A DNA stretch of 59,981 nucleotides, taken from Ascoidea asiatica JCM 7603 (Eukaryota; Fungi; Ascomycota). The notes under the pieces are model-generated. The model ran no database searches. It saw only the letters and a program-made list of their open reading frames with translations, and had not been told where the DNA came from. Below, one piece after another: positions 30,898-40,850 of this stretch (the stretch's first letter is position 1; each line of letters starts with the position of its first letter). Where the stretch lies: assembly GCA_001600695.1 (NCBI GenBank), contig BCKQ01000003.1:2006034-2066014 (forward strand), in the 5' to 3' direction. The translations under genes and the position numbers were made by a program.

Positions 30898-32427
30898 ATG
30901 GCTAATATTAATTCAATTTCTGATTCAGTTTCAAGTTTACAATTAAATTCAGAATCTGATTATCCTGAAGTTCCATTCAATTTTGAATCTCAATTATCTG
31001 AATCTGTTAAATTAAGAATTCCATCTGGTGGGTTTTTATTACAAGCTGATAACGATTCAATCATACCACATAAATCTCCAATTTATTTAAATTTTGGTTG
31101 TCCAAATTTTGGTTTTTTTCCTGTTAATAATATAACTTTAAATACTTCTTTAGTTCCATTTCCAGATTTAAATGATTCAAATCAATTTAAAACTATTCAA
31201 ATTCAAAAAGAATATTCAACATCTACTGAAAATCAATTAATTGATATTAAAAATGGTTTTCAATATATGCAAGCAACTGGTAATCCAATTTTATATAATT
31301 TTATTAAAGATAAAATTGTTAAATCTTTACATAATCCAATTTATAATTCAAAAAATTGGGATATATTATTAAATTCTGGTAGTGCTGATGGTTTAAGTAA
31401 AATTGCAAATATTTTATTTAATAAAAATGATACTGTATTAATTGAAGAATATACTTTTCCACCTGTACCCGAATCTTTTAAACCTTTTGAAGTTAATTTA
31501 ATTCCAATTAATTTATCTTATAAAACAAATGGTATTGATCCAAATTATCTTTTAAATTTATTAGAAAATTGGAAAACTTTAAATCCAAAATTAAATTTTC
31601 CAAAAGCTTTATATACAATACCTGTTGGACAAAATCCAATTGGTACTTCAACAACAATTAATGATAAAAAAAAAATTTATGAAATTTGTGAAAAATTTAA
31701 TTTAATTATAATTGAAGATGATCCTTATGGTAATATAATCTTAGATGATGATTTTATTAATAATGATAAAAATATTACAATTGATGATTATTCAAATAAA
31801 TATTTAAATAAATCTTATTTAACAATTGATAAATCTGCAAGAGTTATAAGATGTGAAACATTTTCAAAAGTTTTTGCACCAGGTTTAAGATTAGGTTATT
31901 TTATTTCTCATAATGGTTTTATAAAACATTTAAAAAATTTAACAGCTTTAACAAATAGATCACCAAGTGGAATTTCTCAAACAATTTTACAAAATTTTAT
32001 ATTTCAAAATGGTGGTTATGAATTTTGGATTAAATGGATTATTCAACTTTCAAAAACTTATTCAATTAGAAATAAAATTGTAATAAATTTATTAGAAAAT
32101 TCAAAAGCATTTAAAAAAAATTATATAAATTTTTATAAACCAAAAAATGGAATGTTTATTTCAATTGAAATAAATTTTAAAAATTTTGAAGAAAATTTAA
32201 AAAATAGTAAAAATTTTACAATTGAAAATGAATTAAATGATTTAAATAGAAAATTTATTGAAAATGGTGTTATGGTAATTTTAGGTACACATATGGCAAT
32301 TGGTGAGGAAGCAAAAAGAAAAGCAAATTTTATAAGATTAACATTTGCAATGGCAAATGATGAAGAAGAAATTAAAGAAGGATTTAATAGATTATGTGAT
32401 ACAATTGTTGAACATTTTGAAAGTTAA
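30898..32427 (+). CDS. ARO9: Aromatic amino acid aminotransferase (class I/II PLP enzyme), Aro9-like
   Basis: LYTIPVGQNPIG, IIEDDPYG, PLP-lysine motif VIRCETFSKVFAPGLRLG, FIRLTFA. ETFSK..APGLRL fits Aro9 better than Aro8 (DSFSK). Confidence 0.8.
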   Translation: MANINSISDSVSSLQLNSESDYPEVPFNFESQLSESVKLRIPSGGFLLQADNDSIIPHKSPIYLNFGCPNFGFFPVNNITLNTSLVPFPDLNDSNQFKTIQIQKEYSTSTENQLIDIKNGFQYMQATGNPILYNFIKDKIVKSLHNPIYNSKNWDILLNSGSADGLSKIANILFNKNDTVLIEEYTFPPVPESFKPFEVNLIPINLSYKTNGIDPNYLLNLLENWKTLNPKLNFPKALYTIPVGQNPIGTSTTINDKKKIYEICEKFNLIIIEDDPYGNIILDDDFINNDKNITIDDYSNKYLNKSYLTIDKSARVIRCETFSKVFAPGLRLGYFISHNGFIKHLKNLTALTNRSPSGISQTILQNFIFQNGGYEFWIKWIIQLSKTYSIRNKIVINLLENSKAFKKNYINFYKPKNGMFISIEINFKNFEENLKNSKNFTIENELNDLNRKFIENGVMVILGTHMAIGEEAKRKANFIRLTFAMANDEEEIKEGFNRLCDTIVEHFES

Positions 32428-32433
32428 ATGATT

Positions 32434-33498
32434 TTATAAGTTACCTAAAATTATATCATTTTTAATTGAATTTATTAATTTATCTTTTTTAAACCAATGT
32501 TTATCTAAATACTTTTGTAAAACTTTATTATTTGAATGTGGAATTTTTTTTAATAACTTTGAATTTATATTAATATAAATTGAAATGTTTTTTGAATTAC
32601 ATTGATTTAAAATTAAAAAATTTAATAAATTTGGATAAATAAAACATTTTTTTGAATTATCATAATAAATTATTGTTAAATCATTTAAAATTTTGAAATT
32701 GTTAAAGATCAGGTTATTATTGTTATTCTTATTATTTGAGTTATTATTTAAATGAAATAGACTCAAAAAAGAATTGAATCTTGGATATAATAAATTTGAT
32801 AAATTTTTTATATAATAAAATTTTTTGAATAGATAATTTTTTTGAATATTCAAATTTTTTAAAGAAAATATATTAACTTCAGGGAAATAAATTAACCAAT
32901 TTATGTTATTATTATCACTTTTATTATTATTAAGATTATCTAATAAAATTTTCTTATTAAAATAATAAATAAAATCGTCATTTGAAATTGACCAATTTTC
33001 ATCAAATTTAAATAAATTTATTAAGATTTTTATTGAAGGTAATTGCCAAATTATTGACCAATTGAAGAAATTTAAATTTGGGGTATTTAAATAATTTATA
33101 ATAATATCATTATTTGAATTATTTGAATTATTATTTGGAAAAGATAAAAAAGAAATTATAAAGAAATCAAGAATTGAGTAATGATTTGAGATTATAATTG
33201 AAGAATGATTCAAGTTTAATAAATTTAAATCACCAAAAACTTTTAAATTTATATTATTTAAATTTAATAAAAAAAAAGATAAATTCCAAAATAAATAATT
33301 TAAAAATTTTTTAATTAAAAATAAATAATAATTTGATAAAAAAATTTTTAAAATAAATTTTAATAAAAAAATATTTAAAAAATTATAAAAAATTAAAAAA
33401 TTTAATAATAAAGATAATTTAATAACCGAAAATAATAAATTGAATAAATCAATATCATTTGGTAAAGGATTAAAACCGAGATGATTAATCAATTCCAT
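32434..33498 (-). CDS. MUM3: Lysophospholipid acyltransferase-like protein, Mum3-like
   Basis: N-terminal TM segments, acyltransferase block I ISNHYSILDF, DENW, block III variant YFPEVNIF, LLYPRF, DLTIIYY, WFKKDKLI. Confidence 0.65.
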   Translation of the reverse strand: MELINHLGFNPLPNDIDLFNLLFSVIKLSLLLNFLIFYNFLNIFLLKFILKIFLSNYYLFLIKKFLNYLFWNLSFFLLNLNNINLKVFGDLNLLNLNHSSIIISNHYSILDFFIISFLSFPNNNSNNSNNDIIINYLNTPNLNFFNWSIIWQLPSIKILINLFKFDENWSISNDDFIYYFNKKILLDNLNNNKSDNNNINWLIYFPEVNIFSLKNLNIQKNYLFKKFYYIKNLSNLLYPRFNSFLSLFHLNNNSNNKNNNNNLIFNNFKILNDLTIIYYDNSKKCFIYPNLLNFLILNQCNSKNISIYININSKLLKKIPHSNNKVLQKYLDKHWFKKDKLINSIKNDIILGNL

Positions 33499-34348
33499 TT
33501 TTAAATCAATTCAATGAATTAAATGTCAACTATAAGTTAGAAAGTGTAATAAATAATGGGTTATATGCAATAAGTAACAGATGATGGATAAATAGGTGTA
33601 AATACAGGATATTATAGTTAATATAATATATAATATAGAATATGGTTAAGTTGAGTTGAGTTCAGTTCAGTTCAGTATATTTTCAATATATTTCAGATTG
33701 TATTTGTGGATAGATGGTAAAATAGATGTATTTGGGCTTTTCAAAACATTTTAGTGAATTGAAGATGAGATTGGAACAGGCAAATGAACAGCAGCAGCCC
33801 CAGCTCAAAGCACCAGACCCTCAACAGCTGCTCTTCTCCATCAAAAGGACCCAGACACCAACCAGACATGGCTAAGGGGCAGTATCAGGAGACAGTTTTA
33901 TGTAGAGCAGAAAGGAGAAGAAGAAAGAAAAAAAGAAAACAAAAGGAAGAAGAAGCAGAAGAAGCAAAAACAGAGGAAGATTCCTTTTATAGCAGTGGAG
34001 GGCACTCACCCGGCCGACGCGTGGGAGAGAAAGATAAAACTAGGGATACCTCTGGACTGGTCTCTACTTGGATTGTGGAGTGATTTCAGCAGGACGGTAG
34101 GACAAAGAAAACAGGACGGTGGGACAGTGGGCTGATCGTGAGAAAAGGGGCTGCAGCGCTGCTCTGGCGCCAGATCGAGTGTGGGCTGCGGGAGCGAGCT
34201 GACTGCTGGCTGTGCTGTTTCTTTGGTGCTACCTTCTCTTTTGCCAGAATGCAAATATATCAGTAGCTGTGTCAGTTACTTACTACAAAAGATAATAACA
34301 AGAGATAATAATCAAAGAAAATAACTAAAGATAATAATTAAATCAAAA

Positions 34349-34852
34349 ATGTTCAAACAACAATCTCTTAATATGTCAAACAGATTAGTCAGACAATCTT
34401 TGATTGGCAGAAGAAATTTATCAGTTTCTTCATTATTGAAACAATCTAAATCAAGTTCAGGTTCAGGTTCAAGTTCAAGTTCAAATTCTTCAGTTCCAGA
34501 AATTAAAATTATTTATAAAACACCAATTTTAACTACTTTATTATTATTAACTTCATTATCTGGTCTTTCATATTTATCTTATGAATATTATAATAATTTA
34601 AATTCAATTAATGATAAAATTAAATTAAATTCAATTATAAATGATTTAAATTTAAAAATTAATAAATTAACTAATGAAAATGATGATTTAATTTTAAAAA
34701 ATAAAAATTTAATTAAAGATGAATTAAATTCAACAAAAGAATTTCAATCTAATTTAAATTCAATTTTAAAATCTCAATATAATCAAACTGATGTTACTTC
34801 AGTTGCATCTTCAACTCCATCCAAATCTAAATCTTGGTATAAATTTTGGTAG
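34349..34852 (+). CDS. Small putative mitochondrial single-pass membrane protein with coiled coil
   Basis: Arg/Ser-rich acid-free presequence (NRLVRQSLIGRRNLSVSS), hydrophobic segment ILTTLLLLTSLSGLSYLSY, coiled coil, C-terminal SWYKFW; AAAATG context and host-like codons. Confidence 0.7.
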   Translation: MFKQQSLNMSNRLVRQSLIGRRNLSVSSLLKQSKSSSGSGSSSSSNSSVPEIKIIYKTPILTTLLLLTSLSGLSYLSYEYYNNLNSINDKIKLNSIINDLNLKINKLTNENDDLILKNKNLIKDELNSTKEFQSNLNSILKSQYNQTDVTSVASSTPSKSKSWYKFW

Positions 34853-35092
34853 TTTAACTAGTTATCTTCATCTTATCTTTATTTTTATATATTTACTCTC
34901 ATATGCTCATATCTATATTTCCACTGCTATTGCTACTGCTTCTGCTCTTATATCTCATTTCTTTAGTTGTTCTCTTTCTGTCTCTCTCCATTAGTTATCT
35001 TATATCTTATATCTTATACCTTATATCTTACATCTTATTATATCTTCCCTTATCTAATCTAATCTAATCTTACGCTACTTCAAACAAACACC

Positions 35093-35097
35093 CACTT

Positions 35098-35144
<47 letters not shown>
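35093..35144. repeat. (CACTTT)8 hexanucleotide microsatellite
   Basis: Eight perfect copies plus a partial one read directly. Confidence 0.95.
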
Positions 35145-35147
<3 letters not shown>

Positions 35148-35599
35148 TGATCTCCTGCTAACTAAGTTCTTACTCAGCCTCCTTGGCCAAATTTCTCTTG
35201 TGTTTCCAACGCCGAGTTCATTATACCACTCGCTTACAAATTATTACAAATAATCCCAGTCACGTGCCAGTTACCCCTTCGATTATTATTATTATTATTA
35301 ATATCATAAACAATTGATAAATGAAATATATTTATTTAACCTTTATTCAACTTAATTTGTAATGCAATTTATAATCAATTGACAATAAAGTTAAAATAAT
35401 CAATTGACAATTAAATGGAATTGAAATCAATAATTAAATGAATCTTTAATTAGAAATTGTAAATGAATAATGTTTAATATAAATATGTGCTTATGAAACC
35501 ATATTTGTTATCAATCAATTCATTTACTTCACTAATATCAATCAAACAATCAATTTAATCAAATAAACTATATATTATATATTATATATTATATTCAAA

Positions 35600-36511
35600 A
35601 TGTCATTACCAACTGTTGCAATCTTAGGTATTAATGGGTTTTTAGGTCCATCAACAATTTCTGCTTTAACTTCAGAAAATTTCAAAAAATTAATTAATTT
35701 ACCAATTATTGCTTTAACAAGAGATCCATCAAAATTTAAAGATTCAAATGAAATTATTTATAAAAAATTTGATTCAAATTCTGAATATAATTCTTTAAAA
35801 GATTCTTTTAAAAATGTTAATGTTGTAATTAATTTATCAAATCCATTTGCATTTGATCAAAATTTAATTTTAGATGCAATGGTTTTTAATAAAAATTCAA
35901 TTAAATTATATATACCATCTCAATTTGGTATGGAAATTTTAAAAGTTCAAAATTATTTACCAATTTTAAATGAAAAACCTTTACATTCAAATAAATCAAG
36001 ATCTTTAAATATTAAAACAATTGATATTATAACTTCAAATTTTGCAATTCCACATATATTTTTATATGAACTTTTAGGTTCTGTTGGTTATAATCCTGAA
36101 ATTGATTCAAATTCTGCAACTTTAATTGAACCAAAAAATCATAAATTTGCAATTTCAAAAGTTGAAGATATTGGTAATTCAATTGCTTCAATTATTACAA
36201 ATTTTAAAGATAATTATGAAATTTTACCAAATCAAATTAGAATTTTTTCTGATATAATTACTCAAGAAGAAGTTTATGAAAAATACGAAAAAAGTCATAA
36301 TATTAAAATTAATAAAAATTATTTATCAAATGAAGAAGCTTTAAAAAAAGCTCAATTAACTTTAAAAGAAAATGGTTTTAGAATGCAAGATTTTTTCTTT
36401 TATTTACAAGTCATTGGTTCTCAAGGTATTGATAAAGGTTTATCTTTTTCTACAAGTGAAAAAGAATTAATTAATCCAAATGAATCTTTCTTTAAATGGG
36501 GTAAATTTTAA
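35600..36511 (+). CDS. NmrA-like/CIP1-like NAD(P)-binding oxidoreductase (copy 2)
   Basis: MSLPTVAILGINGFLG, LYIPSQFGME, DIGNSIAS, EKELINPNESFFKWGKF; colinear with 14606-15529. Confidence 0.88.
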   Translation: MSLPTVAILGINGFLGPSTISALTSENFKKLINLPIIALTRDPSKFKDSNEIIYKKFDSNSEYNSLKDSFKNVNVVINLSNPFAFDQNLILDAMVFNKNSIKLYIPSQFGMEILKVQNYLPILNEKPLHSNKSRSLNIKTIDIITSNFAIPHIFLYELLGSVGYNPEIDSNSATLIEPKNHKFAISKVEDIGNSIASIITNFKDNYEILPNQIRIFSDIITQEEVYEKYEKSHNIKINKNYLSNEEALKKAQLTLKENGFRMQDFFFYLQVIGSQGIDKGLSFSTSEKELINPNESFFKWGKF

Positions 36512-37012
36512 TATTTTTCTCTTTAAAAATATTCATTTCTTTATTATCATTAGTATATTCTAGTAAAGCATATAATCACACAACCAATAAATGATAACCT
36601 ACCCTTTTCTAATAAAAATTAAAATCTTACTTCTAGTTTCAAAGACATTCTTGTGATTGTCTCTTAACGAAGAAGCTTCGAAAACATCGAAATATGTATA
36701 TACCCGATAACCGACACAGTAAACTTTCAATATGTATTTTAAGAAGCTCGTCGAAATAACTCAAACAGCTCTGCTAACGACGAGGCTGCGCTTCAAATGC
36801 TTTTCTTCAGGCTCCATCGCAGTCCTCCAGCGAAAGACTGATATAAGTAACAGTCATGTGACAAGCGCTACTTGCGGTAAGAGCAGCTTTCGGGGGTTGC
36901 AATTCTCAGTCCCCCTTTAGCTATTTTATTGAGGTCTGCATCTACGAATGCTCTGGACCCCCAACACAACAGCACTACAATAAAAGGCTCCCAACCATGT
37001 TTGCAAAAACCA

Positions 37013-37020
37013 TGTGACTG
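37013..37020 (+). promoter_or_regulatory. Homol-D box TGTGACTG in ribosomal protein gene promoter
   Basis: Exact match about 255 bp upstream of the RPL36 ATG; CACGTG at 37069-37074 nearby. Confidence 0.65.
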
Positions 37021-37271
37021 GGTGTTTTTATGCATTTCTACTTTTGAGCTAATATGAAATCATAGTTTCCACGTGTATAAATACGGGGCTCTAAATCTTG
37101 ACATAACAACCCTATGCACCGGGCAGAGATATTCCTTTCCTGTTGCTGGATTCAGTTTCTGATTTTCAGCTAATAAACATATATGAAAATTTATTAAAAG
37201 TGTATAAAGATATATTACTTATAAAAATTGACACTGTTAATAACCTTTATCCAAATAAATCAATAACAAAA

Positions 37272-37745
37272 ATGGCAAAAACTGGTATGTAGACTATCAA
37301 TAATATTCATTTCAAATAAAATAATTCAAGATTATATCTAAATCAAGTGATAATGGTTTAATTTTGTTATTATTCAAAGTACCTGGACTAAATTTGAAAA
37401 CTAACTGATTTTTTTTTTTTTTTATTTTTTTTCTCGTAATTTTTAGGTATTGCAATTGGTCTTAACAAAGGTCATAAAGTAACTGCTAAAGCAGTTGCTC
37501 CAAAATTATCATATAGTAAAGGTAAAGCTTCTAAAAGAGCTGTTTTCGTTCGTGATATAATTCGTGAAGTTAGTGGTTTAGCTCCATATGAAAGAAGATG
37601 TATTGAATTAATCCGTAATACTGGTGAAAAACGTGCAAGAAAGTTAGTAAAAAAGAGATTAGGTTCTTTTGGTAGAGCTAAAAGAAAGGTTGAAGAAATG
37701 AATAAAGTTATTGCTGAATCTCGTCGTCATCATGCTCATCATTAA
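37272..37745 (+). CDS. RPL36: 60S ribosomal protein L36 (eL36), two exons: 37272-37284 and 37447-37745
   Basis: Not in the ORF track. Spliced product MAKTGIAIGLNKGHKVT..FVRDIIREVSGLAPYERRCIELIRNTGEKRARKLVKKRLGSFGRAKRKVEEM..ESRRHHAHH. Confidence 0.96.
37285..37446 (+). other. Spliceosomal intron (162 nt, phase 1) in RPL36
   Basis: 5' GTATGT, branch AACTAAC at 37399-37405, long poly-T tract, 3' TAG; removal restores the eL36 frame. Confidence 0.93.
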
Positions 37746-38033
37746 TCTTTCAATTAACATTAATATCAAAAATAATAATAATAATAATGATAATAAATAT
37801 TGTATAATTTATGATTCAAAATCGGTTCTAATAATCTGTTTTCTAAAATGTAGAATAATCAAATTAAAAAAAAGTAATTGACAAAGGTTTTATTCAATAT
37901 TCATAAGGAATAAACTACTCATTATTGTTTAAAATTTTCAAAAAAATTATTTCTATAAACTAAATTCTTTTGATATATTTACTTATAAAGTTACCTTTTA
38001 GGGTCTTCATCCAAATTCTAGAAACCATATGTT

Positions 38034-40532
38034 TCAATCATTATCTGTATCTTCATCATCATCTTCATCTTGCATATCAATCTCTTCTTCTGCAACTGCA
38101 AAAAATCTGTCTGTGATATTATTATTATTTTTATTTTTTTTTCCAATTTTATTTGAACCTCTTTTATAAACTTCTCTTTTTCTTTTTCCATTTATTGATT
38201 TAACAGGACTATTTGATTCTATAATTACTTCTTGTTTTTCATTTGGTGATTCAATAATTTGAAATGTATCTTGTCTCCTTAAATCACTTCTAGGATTTAG
38301 TAATTCTGTTTGAATTATATTTTCTCCATCAATTGGAGTTCCAAACTTAAAAAATTCTGTAACTTCTTTATTAATATTCATTGGTGTTTCTTGTACTTGA
38401 CTAAATGATTTGGTAATTAAATTATTACCATTATTACCTTTATGTTTATTATTATTACTATTATTATTATTATTGGAAATTTCTGTTTTTGATTTAAAAA
38501 AAATTGGTCTTAGTACTTTTATTTCATCCTTGATAATAGGTTTCCCTTTTTTATGACTAGAAATATCAACAGTTCTTCTTTCCAAAAATTTTGTTGATAA
38601 TGAGTGTCTTCCTAAACTACTCTTTCTTTTATTCATTATATTAAAATCATTTTGAAAATTTTCTTTAGATTCCAATGGATTTCCTCTGGATTTTATTCTT
38701 GCAAGTTTAGGTAATGGAGGCTTCTCCAAAATTTGAATATAATCTTTAGACCTTTCTTGACTTTTTAATTTAAAATCATATTTACTACCATACTTATGAT
38801 TAGGGTTATCAGCAGAATTATTTTCTTGTTCATCCTTTCTTTTTTTTAATGTTTTTGGTTTGTATTTTAGTTTATTTTTTTGATTACTATTATCTGTTGT
38901 TCCATATAAAATTTTTCTTATTAGTCTAATTAAATTTGGTGATTTTTTATAATAAAATGGAACTAAAATTGATTTCAAGAACATTTTTGAATTTAAAACA
39001 TTTGGTGATATATCACTTATCGTTGAATTAGATGTTACTATATTCTTTTCAGGTGAATTATTATTATTTAAAAGACTTGAAAATCGCCCATCCAATGATA
39101 AATCATAAATTATTAATCTATCTAAATATGCATTCAATAAAACTTTACACGAATTGATATCTCTAGGCATACTATTTAGAATCATTGGCTCATTTTCTGT
39201 CAAAGCTACTTCCTTTAAATTATTTGTATTCATAAACTTATTTTCAGTCAAAGCATTGGATCCTAATAATACTGGAGCTACTTTCAAGTTTTTTTTCTTC
39301 TTATTTCGTACTCTAATCAAACTTTTTTTTTTTATTGAAATTATAGAATTGGCCTTCAATTTGGTATCTTCTGAAGTAACTGAATTTGAAACTGAATCTT
39401 TTTTATTATATGCATTACTTATGACATTAGAAGGATTTCCTATCAAGGTATTATTTATTAAGTTGGAATTTTTATCAATATCTTTAATCTCTAAAAATAA
39501 GTACTCTACCAATAATATTATCTGTAAATGTGTTTCTCTCAATTTTAAAAAAAACAATAAAAATTCTTTTACTAAGTCACCATCTTTATCTAAAAAAATC
39601 TCAAATCTAAACTTCTTTTTGAAAATCGCTTCTTTGGCTTCAATTAAATTCCTAGAGCTAACTAATCCATTGAAACTTTCGGAGACTAAATGCCTAATGT
39701 CAAAAAAATTAATATTTAAAATCAAGGAATTGAGTATAGATTTGAAATCATTTTGTGACAATTCACTCGCTTGCAACGCTTCTAATCTGGATAATGTAGT
39801 TTTTGGAAAATATATCAAAGATGATTTTATAGAATATAAACACTCGAAATATTTTTCCAATAAAAAAGATTTTGGATCATTTTCAACAGTTATTGGTGGA
39901 GTCATTGAAAACTTAGAAAACCTAGCCTGAAAATTATTTCTTTCTTCGTGAATTAAATCCATTGAAGATAAAGAATAGAAAAAAGGATTATCAGGTAGAT
40001 TCTTGGTGCCTGGGAATTGACTGAGATCATCTGTTATAATACTAGCCAACTGAGAATTATAATAAACAGAGTTGTTTTCAATTGAAGCACCATTAATATC
40101 ATTTTTGCTTGCTAAAACCAAAGTACTTTGAAGAGTTAAAATCTCATTGAAATCGTTTTTCAGATACATATCAGGATTATAAATAAAGGATTCAGAAAGA
40201 TAAACTAAACAAAACATACTATCATCAAAGTTTGATTCATTTGAAAAGAATTGCCTCAAAAAAGACATTTCTCCAATTACTCCATATCTCAAATCGCAAT
40301 TAGAACCATTCAATGATTCGCCCTTCAGACTTCTAGATGAAATCTTAACTAGATATATATTTTTTGACCCAAGGGAATTGTTGGATAGTCTGAATGATTT
40401 TATATGATTGCAGTCGAGAAGGCTAAATATAGACAGAATAAGTTGAGGTATGGGTATCACATTCAAAACTGTGAGAGCTAATTGTTGACCATCCCAAATT
40501 AAGTCGATACACTGGTTTAGCACTACCATCAT
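38034..40532 (-). CDS. SLD3: DNA replication initiation factor Sld3
   Basis: Cdc45-binding-domain motifs FLLEKYFECLYSIKSSLIYFPKTTLSRL, LKLRETHLQIILLVE, LNAYLDRLIIYD, FLKSILVPFY; disordered C-terminus with VQETP, GTP, IIESP, NSP CDK sites; ACGCG (MCB core) on minus strand at 40667-40671. Confidence 0.85.
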   Translation of the reverse strand: MMVVLNQCIDLIWDGQQLALTVLNVIPIPQLILSIFSLLDCNHIKSFRLSNNSLGSKNIYLVKISSRSLKGESLNGSNCDLRYGVIGEMSFLRQFFSNESNFDDSMFCLVYLSESFIYNPDMYLKNDFNEILTLQSTLVLASKNDINGASIENNSVYYNSQLASIITDDLSQFPGTKNLPDNPFFYSLSSMDLIHEERNNFQARFSKFSMTPPITVENDPKSFLLEKYFECLYSIKSSLIYFPKTTLSRLEALQASELSQNDFKSILNSLILNINFFDIRHLVSESFNGLVSSRNLIEAKEAIFKKKFRFEIFLDKDGDLVKEFLLFFLKLRETHLQIILLVEYLFLEIKDIDKNSNLINNTLIGNPSNVISNAYNKKDSVSNSVTSEDTKLKANSIISIKKKSLIRVRNKKKKNLKVAPVLLGSNALTENKFMNTNNLKEVALTENEPMILNSMPRDINSCKVLLNAYLDRLIIYDLSLDGRFSSLLNNNNSPEKNIVTSNSTISDISPNVLNSKMFLKSILVPFYYKKSPNLIRLIRKILYGTTDNSNQKNKLKYKPKTLKKRKDEQENNSADNPNHKYGSKYDFKLKSQERSKDYIQILEKPPLPKLARIKSRGNPLESKENFQNDFNIMNKRKSSLGRHSLSTKFLERRTVDISSHKKGKPIIKDEIKVLRPIFFKSKTEISNNNNNSNNNKHKGNNGNNLITKSFSQVQETPMNINKEVTEFFKFGTPIDGENIIQTELLNPRSDLRRQDTFQIIESPNEKQEVIIESNSPVKSINGKRKREVYKRGSNKIGKKNKNNNNITDRFFAVAEEEIDMQDEDDDEDTDND

Positions 40533-40850
40533 AATCTGAATATATCATATTCAGATTGATCTTAAACTGGATATACTAGAAGCTATTTTGATTGTATTTA
40601 TGATTAGTTAAGTCTTGTTGAAGCTTTGGGATAAACATTTAATTCGAATAGTTTTTTTGTTTGTTCCGCGTATAAGTACGGAGAAGAAAATAAAAGAAAA
40701 TGGATAAAAAATATTATTTTTGGAGGATCTTTGAAAATATGTCAAAACTAAATGTTTAAATAACCAAATATTCGTTTTTTAGTATTCAAGAAGGTTAATT
40801 AATCACAATTCATATCATAATTCTCGGTTGGTGCTGATCTAAATTTTCAA

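Noticed and set aside
37005-37135. snR30/U17-like motifs AAACCAT and ATATTCCT
   Set aside because: Order is reversed relative to snR30 and there is no enclosing hairpin with an ACA tail.
39154-39930. 258-aa plus-strand ORF
   Set aside because: Antisense in-register shadow of SLD3 with a non-ATG start and no motifs. The same applies to the short antisense ORFs inside PRP5, YAT2, PCM1, PFK2 and others.
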